This document shows positions 1 through 12,959 of a stretch of DNA of 64,000 nucleotides, piece after piece. Position 1 is the stretch's first letter; every line of letters starts with the position of its first letter. This DNA is from Takakia lepidozioides (Eukaryota; Plantae; Bryophyta): positions 40,362,001 to 40,426,000 of the forward strand of contig CM060732.1 of assembly GCA_030704615.1 (NCBI GenBank). The letters run 5' to 3'. Below the pieces are notes generated by a model. It had not been told where the DNA came from. It saw only the letters and a list, made by a program, of their open reading frames with translations, and did no database searches. Position numbers and translations under genes: made by a program.

Positions 1-353
1 AGGAAATTGTTTTGGTTTTTATTTTTCTATTTTTTAAAATAATTAATGAATTAATGATAACTTCTGGGCAGCGCCTGTTCGCTTTACGCCACGTGGCGGA
101 GTCGCGGGGCGCCGCCAGCGATAGAAAATAGTTTATTTTCTAATTTTCTTAAAATAAATAATAAAATATATTTTGCTGGCTGCGCCAGTTCGTGCTGAGC
201 CACGTGGCAGCATTATGCGGAGCGCCACACTGCGCCATGTGGCACAATTTAAAACTTTATTCTTTTTATTTTTGTTAATTTTTATTTTATTTATTTTCGA
301 TTTGGCGGCGCCTTTTCTTGCTGCGCTACGTGGCACAATATAAAATTTGCACA

Positions 354-428
354 GGGGCTAGTAGCTCAGCTTGTAAGTGCACAGTGTGTCGCCTTGGTGG
401 TTCAGGGTTCAGACTTGGTATCCTGCAA
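354..428 (+). pseudogene. tRNA-like / SINE-head-like sequence
   Basis: GGGGCTAGTAGCTCAGCTTG (A-box-like) and GGGTTCAGACTT (degenerate B-box) at tRNA-like spacing; no clean cloverleaf. Confidence 0.3.
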
Positions 429-2000
429 CGTGTGTGGGATTGTTCGTGATGGTATGCCTAGGCGTTGATCTCCTTGTTTCTAGATGTGGCACACGCAGGA
501 TACCTTCGTTAACATCTAATCATGGAAAACAACAACAGACATCCACAATTGAACCAGAATGGATAGTGGAATCAAGCCCAGTTTAAGGTATCGTCAACGC
601 CATCTTAACCTTGCCTACATTGCATGCACATGCACTCATCCTCACACACCCTCTGCGGAAACAATCTGGAATCTATGATGGTATTGGCCGAAAACACCCA
701 AACACACCCTAAAAAATAATTGTAGTGTCACTACAATACAACAACTGTTTGTACAAAACTTGGGTACCAAGTGATGATGGTGAAGACGACATTTCAGTGG
801 ACTCTATATTTATTTCGTGGAGAAATATAGTCGGGACAAACAAAACCAAAATATGGCACAACAAAAAAGTAGAGGCAGAAATTGTTATTCCAAAAATATT
901 ATATGAACATTTCAAAAATCATATGATGCTTACGGATAATGATGTTGCCGACGAACATCAAGCTACAATTTAGGATCAAAATTCATAGTTTCCGTTTAAA
1001 ATTATGGAGACATTGTATCTGTTCATAATGTTTTAAATAAAATCATTAGGTTTTAAATGATATCAAATTTTCTCTCTCAAATTGTTTGCATATTTGTATT
1101 TCTGGTTTGACGAAACATGAATAGATGAAATTGAATAGACATCATTTGTTTATTTTATCCCAATACTGTTTATAATTATTCTATATATTTGCATGTATAT
1201 GAGTATATATATGACATATGTATACACACAGGATACCATTACAATGAGAAAATTTCATGATATCATCATGTATATATTGCATCGTATATATTATTTTGAT
1301 TGAATCTATTTCATATGTATATCTTTTTTATGGTATGGAGATTAGATTTCATACAATAAATTATTTTTAGTTATACCTTTATTTCTGTTCATAGGCCTTC
1401 TAATATGCTCATGTCCACTTTTCTACCATCATGTCCACTTTTAACGAATACAGTGTTAAAAGGGACTTGCTCTTCAAAGGTTTTTATTTGCTTAGGAGTG
1501 AAGTAAACACACTGGCGAAACCCCAATCTTTTCATGGATGGGAGCTCAATGTGCGGCAAAGAGTCATAGTGTCCATAGTGAAGGTCAGGAGTTGAACTCA
1601 TGGCTTAATTAACCTTGTATGGGTTGAATATATTTTTGATGTTGTGTTTATTCATGTTTTGTGGCAGGTCGTAGCATTTGCAGTGTTCAGAAACCAGGAA
1701 TCTGCTCTGAAGCAAGTGAGGCTCTAAATGTACAAACCTCCTGACCCTTTGCATGATGGTGTAACTAGCATTGGGAGTGCATAGGCACTGTTTGTCAGGG
1801 TTGCACACGTCAGTGACGTCACGTCACGTCGGACCTGACGCTGACGCGACCAACGTCACGTCAGTTTTGCCGAAAAATCAGTAAAACATGAGTTAGGTGA
1901 AAAATTGTATTCCAAGCGACACCTTGGCAAGTGAATGAATTGTTTTATAAATTACTCCATCCGCCAATAGTTGAGGTCATTTTTAATCATTATTGAAATT

Positions 2001-2497
2001 GGTGCGAACTCCAAATGGTGGTGTCGCAGAATTTATCTTATTTTTTTAATAGTTGGACCACAGCAAAGGGCGTCACAAACATTTTGTTTTTTAAAATAGA
2101 TGAAACCACCAGCAGGGTGGTCGCAGTTTTTCTTTTTTAAACAGTTGCAACCACCGCTATGGTGGTCTCACATTTTTATTTTATGTAATAGGTGCGACCA
2201 CCATCATTAGGGGGTGGTCGCCCATTTTTCTATTTTTAATATCTGCGACCACCAGCATGGGGTGGTCGCAGCATTTTTTTCTGTTTTTAATAGGTGCGAC
2301 CACCCAGCAGGGGGGTGGTCGCAGAAAGAAATTTTCTATTTGTTAATAGGTGCGACCCCCACCAGCAGGGGGTGGTCGCAAAAATTTTTTTTTGTTTTTT
2401 TTTTTTTTAAAAAAAATCTCTGTGCCAACGAGCATGGGGGTGGTCGCAGCATTTTTTTTTTTATAAAAATATGTGCGACCCACCAGCAGTGCAGCAG
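2001..2497. repeat. Array of ~10 palindromic subterminal repeats (TGCGACCACC-N-GGTGGTCGCA), ~50-bp period
   Basis: Units start near 2001, 2051, 2099, 2143, 2191, 2244, 2293, 2349, 2421, 2473, separated by T/A-rich spacers. Confidence 0.8.
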
Positions 2498-2843
2498 TTT
2501 TTAAAAAAAAATAACATGTGATTCCAGTGCGACCTGGAGCCTGGGATGATCGACTCTATTATTTGAAAGCAAGAGCATCTGTTAATCAGCCAAGTCCTGG
2601 AATTGTTCTCATTCCTTGAGCAAGAGTGTAAGCCCAGAGGAGGGTGCGGACTTTTTACTGTGTGTGGCTCCACCAGAGCCACTACAGCAAATTGTCGAAA
2701 AGCACATACTACATGGGCATTGATCCACTTGAATTGATGCCGTAGGTTGGGCCATCGCATTCTGTTCTAACTCTATTGCTTTGACAAATCTACAATTACC
2801 CTAGTGTTCTCGTTCAACCTTAAGTCTGTGGTTAGGGTTTTGG

Positions 2844-3763
2844 GTGTGGAGGATGAGGGAGGAGTGGATCCCTTGGTTCACCATAGACCGCACAGAAAGG
2901 ACGATGTTCATGCAATCTTTGTGCATTGATGAAGCTGATGGCGGGTCGCAAAGATCGCATGTTATATCACCTCGGCTACAGAGATGGGAAGAATGCAGGG
3001 GTATTTGTGCCCAAAAAGCCTCCATGCGAGTGAAAGCCCACTTTGCCCAATGTGGAGGCAATAATCCCACCGTCTCTTGAAGTGGCCGCGGCTTCTGAGC
3101 CAAACACTCCAGGTTCGAATCAAACTGTCCTCAGAGTTGTACCCAGGGGGATTCTTGCGAGGCGTCTACTGTTCGTGGAGAAGCCGGTGGGTCAGGAGCA
3201 ACACCCGATTGTACGTCAGCACTGTATGGACCAGACCATTGAGGGTAAAATCAATGCAAGAAGGCTTAAATTTGTCGCACATGAGGACTCTGGATAAGAA
3301 GTGGGCCCAATTTTTCTACGAGGCCAATATTCCGTTCAATGTCTCGAGGCTTCCTACGTTTGTGGCTGCTGTCAAAGCCACGTCCGATTCCAAGTCCACA
3401 TACACACCTCCGAGTTATCGCGATCTCCGCACAGGATTGCTAGAAGAGGCTATGTCTGACCTCACCCAAAAGGTGAATGAAAAGACAGGTGATTCTCTCC
3501 GGAAATATAAAAGCACTATATGTGCGGACGGTTGGAGTTCTGTTACTAATCAACCACTGTTCAATGTCATGCTGGTCTGTCCTGCGGGGAACAATTTTTG
3601 GGATCCGTTGACACAAGCGGGGAGAGAAAAGATGCACGTTATCAAGCAGGGTTGTTGACGAGTTACATCAATAAAATTGGAGCTGATAAAAATTGGCCAT
3701 GGACAATGCATCTAACATGGTTAATATGACCGATATTTTGATTGTACGATATCCCCATATCAC
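2844..3763 (+). pseudogene. hAT transposase fragment (BED-like N-terminus plus DUF659-type region)
   Basis: FFYEANIPFN, YTPPSYRDLRTGLL, TICADGWSSVTNQPLFNVM, then across frameshifts GSVDTSGERKDA and MDNASNM..YPHI. Confidence 0.85.
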
Positions 3764-4297
3764 TTAGAACTGCCGAGGGAGTGACACGTGCTTCTAGTAC
3801 TTGGGCAGGATTCATTACGGAGTAGGATTAGGTACGATTAAGGAGGGTTGGGAGAGCATTTTTCTTAGCAAACACATGTCGAGTAGGGATAAGCCAAAGC
3901 CATAAATGGCGGAGGAAGAAGACAGAGGAGGTCATCCCAGGGTTGACGATAATAAACCTGGACCTCCAAAAAAAAAAAAAAAAGGCCAGGCGCGAACTTC
4001 GTTAGGACATATACAATGACCCCAACATTCTTGCGGAACCAGGTTGGGAAGTTTGGGAGTTGGGGCAGCGGTGGTCGCTTGGTGATTGCAGGAAATTTGT
4101 GGACTAGTGTCACATAAATTGTTTGTGGCCCAGAGATAGGCATGATCCACAAAACCAAACAAAATCAAGCTAGCTTGCATTCCTGCGCCAACCCGCATTT
4201 CCGCCACAGGGCAGAGGAGGTACATACAACATTGTGGGGTCAACCGCTCGTCAACAACAAGCACCCGTATTTATTTGCGGCCATGTTGTACACATAG

Positions 4298-5604
4298 TTG
4301 ATTTTATTGCGACCAGTGGATTGGCAAATTGCCACTGCGAGACAGCGTACTAGACTATACATGTTCTCTGATATCCCAAACTTGTATATACGTCAGGGGC
4401 AGGACATCATATGGTTCGATGGAAACGACGAGGTGGAAGAAGGAGGAAAGACGGATGGAAACGACGATGTGGAAGAAGGAGGAAATGCAGACCAACCTCC
4501 AGATTATACGCCGCAACAGGTCTCCGCAATCGGGCCTTCAACGTCTGAGGTGGAGGGGGGCGAGGTACGCTCTCCGTTGGAGGAATAGTTGGCCGCACAT
4601 GAACAACACATCAAAGACCTACATGACATTGTTCATTTGCAACGGTGACAAATAGCAAAGTTGCTGGAAAGAATGGGGTTGGGGACTCTCGACAGCGTAC
4701 GCGGTGTGCTTCAAGACCCGAGGCCAATCACCAACGAGCAAGACATATTGGCGCATTTGAATATGCCACCAATGGATATTGACCGCGTCATCAACGGGGT
4801 TGACTCAATCGGGCATGGGAATGAAGTGCAAACGTCTGAACTGGACCCGGCGAGGGTTGAGGAAAAAAGACTTGCGGCGGAGAGGGCAAGAAAAGGGAAG
4901 GATCCCATAGTGGAAACTGGGGAATGTTCAGCCGTGCAAATTACATCGGCCCAAGAACAGGAATTAGAGCAGCTTGTGGGGGAACGCGAGCAAGCTAGGG
5001 CTGTTGCATATCGGTACTCAAATGCCATGCAAATCCGATTGTGGCCATGGTTTGAAGGGAATTGGCAGAATTGGGTGACATAGGCGATCTAGCATCGCAG
5101 GAAACATGGATAGAAGAAGCGTTGTCCTCCCTCCAACGTGCAGCACGTTTGTTGAATCGAAGCGTAGATAGCATTTATGCTAATTTGCAAAGGCACGACA
5201 TTGTGTTTCATTCGGCTTGGAACAATTTGACAACACAGAAATTCGGCCCTAACGATATTTTCTTTAATAGACATGAGGCATGGAAATACTTGCACTGTTC
5301 CCAAGTCATTGACACACCTCTTACTTGTACAGATAAGGAGTTCAGGACGTTCACTAATTTTGCGTGCCAGTGCTTGCAACAAGTTGTGCAATTTAAACTT
5401 CCAGATATGGTTGAACAACATTGTATGCCACAGAGGATTCGGCCGTTAAAACACCTGAGGGACGACGAGGATTCTGATACTACTGTTTCTTCAGCGGATT
5501 CTTTTGACATGGCAGATGACTATGCAATTCAGATGGCAGAGAAGAAACGACGGGGATCTCCTATGCCTGAGAGGTTACCTCGATATCAGCCAAAGGAGGT
5601 CTGA
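4298..5604 (+). pseudogene. Frameshifted ORF of unknown function in the 3' internal region of LTR element B
   Basis: Chain of ORFs (4298-4588, 4661-5083, 5062-5604) ending shortly before a gypsy-type PPT; no recognisable gag/pol motif. Confidence 0.45.
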
Positions 5605-5754
5605 CATTTCCGGTAGTGCTCAATCATCTCCGTCAACCAGTGACAAGACTCGGGCTCGCACACGGAGTCCTTCACGAGACTCTCACCATCAGAAGGGTGT
5701 TCGATCACAAAGGTTTGCTAATCCTAAACAGTAAACCGTGAGGACACGGCTTTT

Positions 5755-5773
5755 TGAGAAGGGGAGGGGTAAA
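5755..5773 (+). other. Polypurine tract of LTR element B
   Basis: GAGGACACGGCTTTTTGAGAAGGGGAGGGGTAAA immediately followed by TGTTAG. Confidence 0.75.
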
Positions 5774-5879
5774 TGTTAGAGGGCTGCTTGGGACTTTAAC
5801 ACTTTTATGGGTTCTGTGGGGTACCCTTAATTTTTACACAGACTGAGACCAACAGGAGCCTTAGGGGTGACAGCAGCAG

Positions 5880-6386
5880 TAGAACGTCCCTGTGAACTCG
5901 AACCTGCGACAGGCTTGGCAGGACGTTGAACAGTTCAGCAATCGTCGATGGCTGTCTGGGGTGAGGTGATGGGATGTCACGTGGAACAGCTGGTGGTGGC
6001 AATGTGGTGGCAGGATCCGTTTCCAAAATGTTAAATGAAATGATGATGTTGAGAAGTGTACAGGGAGGAGAGTAGTGGACTTGACTATCTTCTTTTGGTT
6101 TTTGGTTCCCTAGATAGAAGAGCTCGTAGATGTTGGCCGTACAGAGTGTGGAAGACAAGACGCCCATGGTGAATAGTGTCTACGAACAGGGAAGAGAGAG
6201 ATAATACAGAAAATGATGCATGGTGTGGCGGTTGGGAGGACTGGTTGTGTTCCAGTACCATGTACAATTCTAGGATTGGGTGCTAGTTCCTGTTGAGTCA
6301 AGAATTATTGTGACTTGAAGGATCTGTACATAAAGCAAATGGTGGTGTTAGGCCATTCAGTGGAATAAGACAAGAGGAATGTAAGA
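5880..6386 (+). repeat. 5' LTR of element A
   Basis: Direct repeat of 11140-11650. Confidence 0.95.
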
Positions 6387-6389
6387 TCT

Positions 6390-6401
6390 TGGTATCAGAG
6401 C
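6390..6401 (+). promoter_or_regulatory. Primer-binding site for initiator tRNA-Met
   Basis: TGGTATCAGAGC, 3 nt after the 5' LTR. Confidence 0.95.
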
Positions 6402-6517
6402 AGATTTCGACCTTTTGGGATTTGTGGTTTATGAGCCAATTGACATTCGGCTCTGGAAGCTCGTTGCTTCAGTGGGATATAATCTTTAAAGGTAGATGTA
6501 GTATATCTCCGGAGTCG

Positions 6518-9500
6518 ATGGAAGGAGAGACAAGCCATACACAGGCTGCAGTTGAGAAAACACAAGAAATTGTTGTACCAGAAGAACTTATCACTATGAA
6601 AGCGGGAGATCTAGCACAGGTCATTCGCGAGGCGGTGGCGAGTGGGGTGAAGGAGGGCATAGCTGCTGTTGGCAAGAGACCTACAGCAAATCCAACTCCA
6701 CCGGCGGTGCCACCCGACCAGCAAGCAGTAGACCAACCAGTAAGTGTTCCCCATAATGATCTGCGTACAAGAACTAGGACAAAAAGAAAAGAGGCTAGAG
6801 GTGGATCTGCCTCTGGTGCACCCTCACAGGATAGCCGCTCCATGATGGCAAGGGATTCTAAGAGAAGGACGGTTGACAAGGAAATTAGGAAGATGACGCA
6901 TCTTCCTGAATTCCATGGTCGCCCAAATGTGCCTTGCACAGAGGTGCTGTCTTTTCTAGAGACTCTGGAAGAGTTCTTCAGTGAGGACTATACAGATGCA
7001 GATAAGATCCGCACAGCCTCATTGCAAATGAGAGGCAAATCTAAAGAATGGTGGATTAGAATGAAAGAGAAGCCGGGTCTGGAAGGGAGAGTGGACCCGA
7101 TTACCACATGGGCTAAGTTCAAACGGGTCTTCAAAGAACAGTACCTGCCAGAGGACTATGCGCACAGGATGAAAATGGGTTTGATGGAACTTAGCCAGGG
7201 AAGAATGTGTGGCAGACTACAAGGTAAAGTTTGACGAACACGCTTCATACTTCTATTCCTTGAAGGAGTCTGACAGGGTGGATTTCTTCCTGACTGGACT
7301 AGATAAGGCTATCAGATTTTGGTTCAAGCGTATGAGCCGAAGACAGAGGCTGATGCATATAGACTAGCTATCATTTTGAGAGCCAGCACAGAGCACATCT
7401 GGGTGCAGTGCACCTATTGATAGGGATTTCAAGCCGAAGTCATTCCCTTTGGTGGAGGTCAGAAGGAGAAAGAATTGGAAAAGGTTCAATAAGAAGACAA
7501 CAAAGACTGAGCCTAGAGATAATCAGAAGTTTGGAGCTTCAGCGACCAAACGCCTATCAGAGAAGGAACAGGAAGAACACCGGCGCTTGGGTCAATGTTT
7601 TATCTGTCATGAGAGAAACCATAGGGCGTTCGAGTGTCCCAAACGCGTACAACGCGCAGCTGCAGCTGTGATTGTGCAAGAGGTTGAGGATAAAATGGAT
7701 GTGGATGCACCTGGGACGAGCAAGGGTAAACAACTGAGGATCTCAGCGGCTGTGATGGGTAAAGAGATAGACCATAATCCCACAGTCATACGATTAAATG
7801 GTCAGGTGGGAAGAGAAACCACGGCTGTTTTGATTGACCCAGGAAGCAGCCATAACTTCATGTCTCAAAATTTTGCAAACAAGTGCAAGCTGCAGTTGAA
7901 GGAGGTTGGCACCAGTTTCATTTTGTTGCCCAATGGAGATACAGGATCTACCAACAACAGAAGTTTGGAGATCCCTGTCACAATGCAAGGGATCACCACT
8001 GAGGTAGATTTTGAGGTCTGGGATGGCGCGAGGTACGACATCATTTTGGGAATGCAGTGGCTGGCAGCTGTGGACGCTCAAGTGGCATGCCGAAATTGTG
8101 CAGTAGAGGAGGAGTTGCCTGGTGGTAAGCGATTTAAGCTTACAGGTACGAGAGCCCTACCCAATGTTCCTTTGTTGTCAGCCCTTCAAATGAAGCGATG
8201 CATACGGAAGACAGCCGGTCAGTTGTTCTTCGTAAGCATTCATGAGAATGATGACAAAGACATTGAAGTGAAGTTGAACAATCTCAACAGAGCAGATAAA
8301 ATCCTGTCTGAATTTTCAGACGTGTTTCCCAGTGATCTGCCTGGACTACCTCATGAAAGGGATGTAGATCATGCCATTGAGTTGGTTCCTGAAGCAGTTT
8401 CTGTCTCTAGAATTCCTTATAGGCATTCTTTGGTGGAGAATGAAGAATTGGAGAGACAGCTGGCTGATTTGCTAGAGAAAGGTTATATTAAGCCTAGCAA
8501 GTCTCCCTGGGGAGCACCAGTGTTGTTTAAAAAAAATAAAAATGGAACTTTAAGGTTGTGTGCGGACTACAGATGGTTGAATAAACTAACCGTAAAGAAC
8601 AAGTTTCCACTTCCTAGGATAGATGACTTATTTGATTACTTGCATGGTGCGCAAGTATTTTCAAAGATAGACCTACGAAGTGGATACCATCAGATCCGTG
8701 TCAAAGACTCGGACACGTTTAAGACGGCCTTCAGAACTAGATTTGGCCACTATGAATATACAGTGATGTCTTTTGGACTCACAAATGCACCAGCCACTTT
8801 CATGTGCTTAATGAATACCTTATTCAGAAAGTATCTGGGGAAATTTGTGTTAGTCTTCATGGATGACATCTTAATCTATTCCAAGTCTGAAGAAGAACAC
8901 ATAGAACACTTGAAAAGTGTCCTTGAGATTTTGAGAGAGAATAAACTCTATGCTAAGAAGAGCAAATGTGAGTTTTTTGTTTCCCAGATGGAATACTTGG
9001 GATTTATAGTGTCAAATGGCATGTTAGTTGATCCCAAGAAGGTAAAGACTGTGGCAGAATGGCCTGTCCCGAAGGATAGAACAGATGTGAGAGCATTCTT
9101 ATGACTTGCAAGCTTTTATAGAAGATTTATAAAGGCATTCTCCAAGATTGCAGCCCCTCTCACTAGCCTGCTGAAAGGCTTAGGAGCGATTACCTGGACC
9201 GAGGATTGTAATGAGAGCTTTGAAAAGCTTAAAGATATGTTAACACATGCTCCTGTCTTGAAATTAATGGATTACAAGACAGGTGGTCTAGTACTTTGCA
9301 CAGATGCAAGTGACCTGGCCATAGGAGATGTGTTATGCAACACGGACAGGTAATAGCTTATGAGTCTAGAAAACTAAGCCCCAAAGCTGAACTACCCAGT
9401 GCATGAAAAAGAATTGCTAGCCATCATACATGCCTTAAAGGTTTGGCGGCATTATCTACTGGGAAGGGAATTTAAGATTGAGACAGACCATGAAAGCTTG

Positions 9501-11127
9501 AAGTATCTGGCCACACAACCCAACCTCAGTCGCAGACAGTGTCGTTGGGTAGAGTTCCTCCAGCAGTTCTTCTTTGAATTGCATTATGTGAAGGGGAAAG
9601 AGAACGTGGTGGCAGATGCATTGTCCAGAAGAAAATGGGCAACTGCTATTTCAGTGATAAGAAGCACTGTGATAGAAGAGATAAGAGGTCAGTATGCTAA
9701 AGACGCATATTTGCTGGCCCGTTTGAAAGCCTGTCTCGTGGGGTCAAGGCTCCTGATGAAATTGGCAAATATCTAGCTTATCTGTTAAAGGATGGGTTAT
9801 TATACTGTGATGGGCGTCTATGCATCCCTCAGGTTGCAGACTATAGACTAAAGATCATGTATGACTGTCATAACATACCCATTGCAGGCCATCCTGGCTT
9901 TCAGAAAACGTATCTTGCAATTAGGAAACAATTTTTTCTGGCCTGGGATGAAGAAGAATATATGAGAATATGTTGAAAGGTGTTACCCTTGTCAGGTAAC
10001 CAAAACAGAACAGATCAAGACTCCTGGACTTTTGCAACCTCTGAATGTGCCTAGGCAAAGTGGGAATCTATAAGTATGGATTTCATTGTCTCATTGCCTA
10101 AGACAAGAAATGGACATGATGCCATCTTTGTGGTAGTCGACCGCTTGTCAAAACAAGCGCATTTCATACCCACAAAGATGAGTGCAACTGCTATAGACAC
10201 GGCTAATCTCTTTGTAAAAGAGATATACAGACTGCATGGATTGCCAAGAGAAATTGTGTCTGACAGGGATTCGAAGTTTACGAGTGGATTTTGGACTGCT
10301 TTGTTCAAAGCTTTGAATACCAGATTATGTTTAGCAGTGCTTACCACCCAGAATCTGATGCTCAGACAGAGAGGACAAATAGAACTTTAGAAGACATGCT
10401 CCGAATGTATGTGGGGCAAAGGCAAAGCTCTTGGGAACAATATTTGCATTTTTGTGAGTTTGCCTATAATAAGAACATGCATACAGCTATTGGGGTAAGC
10501 CCATTTGAAGCTGTTTACGGACAAGATTGCTTGACACCAGCATCTTGGCATGTTTCTAATACTAGGGTCGAAAGTGTCAATCAGATGATAGCACGGATGC
10601 AACAAGAGATGGACCTAATGAAGGATAGCATGAGGAGAGCTCAAGAAAGGGCAAAGACCTATGCTGATCAGAAAAGGTCTTTTAGAGAATTTGAGATTGG
10701 AGATCAAGTATTTTTGAAAGTGATCCCTAAGAAGAGCCAGTTGAGCCTAGGAAAGTGTTATAAGCTTTCCCCAAGGTACTATGGACCTTTCAAGATTATC
10801 AAAAAGATTGGCAAAGTCGCCTACAAGCTGGAACTGCCTGTTAGGTGGAAAATACATGATGTATTTCATGTGAGCCTTTTAAGGAAATATGTTTCAGATC
10901 CCAGCCATATTCTCCCAGACTTGCCGAAAGTCACAACCGAAGGAGAAATTGTGGCAGAACCAGAAGAGATTCTTAAGGTAGAGATGAAGACCTTGAGATC
11001 TCATTCTTGGAATGAATTCTTGATCAAGTGGAAGAATTACCCTATAGAAGAATCTACATGGGAGAGAGAAGATGCTCTTCGTAAGAATTTTCCCCAGTTC
11101 AGTATTGAGGACAATACTCCCTTATAG
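6518..11127 (+). pseudogene. gag-pol of element A (frameshifts and stops)
   Basis: gag LPEFHG and zinc knuckle [14 protein letters not shown]; protease [10 protein letters not shown]; [13 protein letters not shown] and FMDDILIYS; RNase H EKELLAII..TDHESL; integrase SMDF, VSDRD, GPF; chromodomain FLIKWKNYPIEESTWE. Confidence 0.95.
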
Positions 11128-11139
11128 GAGGGGGGGTAA

Positions 11140-11650
11140 TATAACGTCCCTGTGAACTTGAACCTGCGACAGGCTTGGCAGGACGTTGAACAGTTCAGCA
11201 ATTGTCGACGGCTGTCTGGGTGAGGTGATGGGGATGTCACGTGGAACAGCTGGTGGTGGCAATGTGGTGGCAGGATTCCGTTGATCAAGACCAAAAGCTT
11301 GAAATGATGATGTTGAGAAGTGTACAGGGAGGAGAGTAGTGGACTTGACTCTCTTCTTTTGGTTTTTGGTTCCCTAGATAGAAGAGCTCGTAGATGTTGG
11401 CCGTACAGAGTGTGGAAGACAAGACGCCCATGGTGAATAGTGTCTACGAACAGGGAAGAGAGAGATAATACAGAAAATGATGCATGGTGTGGCGGTTGGG
11501 AGGACTGGTTGTGTTCCAGTACCATGTACAATTCTAGGATTGGGTGCTAGTTCCTGTTGAGTCAAGAATTATTGTGACTTGAAGGATCTGTACATAAAGC
11601 AAATGGTGGTGTTAGGCCATTCAGTGGAATAAGACAAGAGGAATGTAAGA
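11140..11650 (+). repeat. 3' LTR of element A
   Basis: Follows PPT GGAGGGGGGG; repeat of 5880-6386. Confidence 0.95.
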
Positions 11651-11679
11651 AGCAGGCTTTAGGGGGGGGGGGGGGGTTA

Positions 11680-11912
11680 CACAGCCCGACACATCCCGTT
11701 ACAGCCAGACACAGCCGATACAGCCGCCACAACCAACACAGCCCGATACAGCCCGACATAGCCGACACAACCGACACAACCAGTCACAGCTCGGCATAGC
11801 CGTCATAGCCCGTCACAGTCCGTCACAGTCCGTCATAGCCAATCACAGCCAGTCACAGCCCCACACAGCCTGACACAGCCAGTCACAGCCCGTCACAGCT
11901 TCACACAGCCCA
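11680..11912 (+). repeat. ~10-bp minisatellite (ACAGCCCGTC/ACAGCCGAC) inside the LTR of element B
   Basis: More than 20 degenerate tandem copies. Confidence 0.85.
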
Positions 11913-12188
11913 ACGTAGTTTTGCACAGTTGTCACAGTACATGGGGAACGGTTAACATGGACAGGGAACGACTATGTGGGAACGACATCTGCAGAGGGAA
12001 TATGTTACTTCAGGGGTGACGGTTAGTTAGCAAGGCGGTTAGAACAGCTTGTAGGTAGATAAAGCGAAGGGCGGGGACTTCCGGGGGATCACTTCTTGGA
12101 TCACTTTTTAGACATCAGGGAAAAGGTCAGACGGAGGGCACAATCTTGGAGCATAGGGATGACGATTACACAGAAGAGGAGATGATGA

Positions 12189-12273
12189 TGTCGTGCGCAT
12201 ACATATCGCTACACAACTACATCGCTGTCCAAACCACACCACACATATATGCACAATAAAGTAGTCTGCCACA
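12189..12273 (-). repeat. Terminal repeat B2 of element C
   Basis: Near-identical to 12619-12702; ends GCACGACA (sense) at the TSD. Confidence 0.92.
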
Positions 12274-12274
12274 A

Positions 12275-12616
12275 TGATAGAAAACCAACGAACACACTGG
12301 ACACAAAACATGAAACCAAACATCACTCTTTAAAACAGTAGTCGAGCCAGGGGCACCCCAAGCTATGGGGACTCCACCCCACAACACCTACACCCCATCA
12401 TAGTACACTCAGACCTAAACGCATGCAGGAGTTCGGTCGCGCAGGCTCAACTCGAGAAAGATGAGCCGCGCGACTGCCGCTCTCGTGAAGATAAGACGGA
12501 CCAGGTGTCAAACTAAACTTGACACCTGATTTAACACTTGACCTAAATCCAAGTGTTAAATACAAATAACTAGTTTTATTCTAGCTGTTTTCACACTGTG
12601 CTTATTTAACTTGACA
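12275..12616 (-). repeat. Repeat A2 of element C
   Basis: Copy of 23670-24018; sense TGTCAAG...CTATCA. Confidence 0.95.
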
Positions 12617-12618
12617 GC

Positions 12619-12702
12619 TGTCGTGCGCATACATATCGCTACACAACTACATCGCTGTCCAAACCACACCACACATAATGCACAATAAAGTAGTCTGCCA
12701 CA
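12619..12702 (-). repeat. Repeat B1 of element C, directly after the PPT
   Basis: Sense CTAGGGGGCGAT then TGTGG...GCACGACA, then GC, then A2. Confidence 0.92.
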
Positions 12703-12959
12703 ATCGCCCCCTAGCTGGTGGATAGGTCCCTCTACCTCCAGATAGCTACAAGATGTAATAGCCACAGCCGTACTAAGTCCTCTATCACTGTCCCTATTGT
12801 ACTCAAACTCTATAGACCAAGAGGCCGGGTACAAGAGTAGCCCCATCGTTAGTCGCCGTCTTGCAATCTATGAACTTGAGCCAAGATCTCGTGTGTTCAA
12901 GGTCTCCTAGTAGCTGGGCTTGCGTTTCTTGTTAACCTCCCATGGTTGTATCCACTCCA

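Larger units (their letters stand above)
1796..3763 (+). mobile_element. hAT DNA transposon, 5' part, truncated
   Basis: Possible CAGGGTTGCA terminus at 1796, TGACG clusters and palindromic subterminal repeats, followed by a frameshifted hAT transposase; breaks off near 3763. Confidence 0.7.
5880..11650 (+). mobile_element. Ty3/gypsy chromovirus LTR retrotransposon (element A), full length but disrupted
   Basis: Near-identical LTRs 5880-6386 and 11140-11650; TSD AGCAG (5875-5879 and 11651-11655); tRNA-iMet PBS; PPT; gag-PR-RT-RH-INT-chromodomain order. Confidence 0.97.

Noticed and set aside
1389-1808. Two in-frame minus-strand ORFs upstream of the hAT end
   Set aside because: No recognisable family and an internal stop; cannot support a call
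2001-2497. Regularly spaced palindromic repeats resembling a CRISPR array
   Set aside because: Repeats are degenerate, spacers are low-complexity poly-T/A, there are no cas genes, and the array precedes a hAT transposase in a eukaryote, so these are subterminal repeats
12436-12500. Hammerhead ribozyme in the repeat-A hairpins
   Set aside because: The CUGANGA/GAAA core is not present in the right arrangement on either strand
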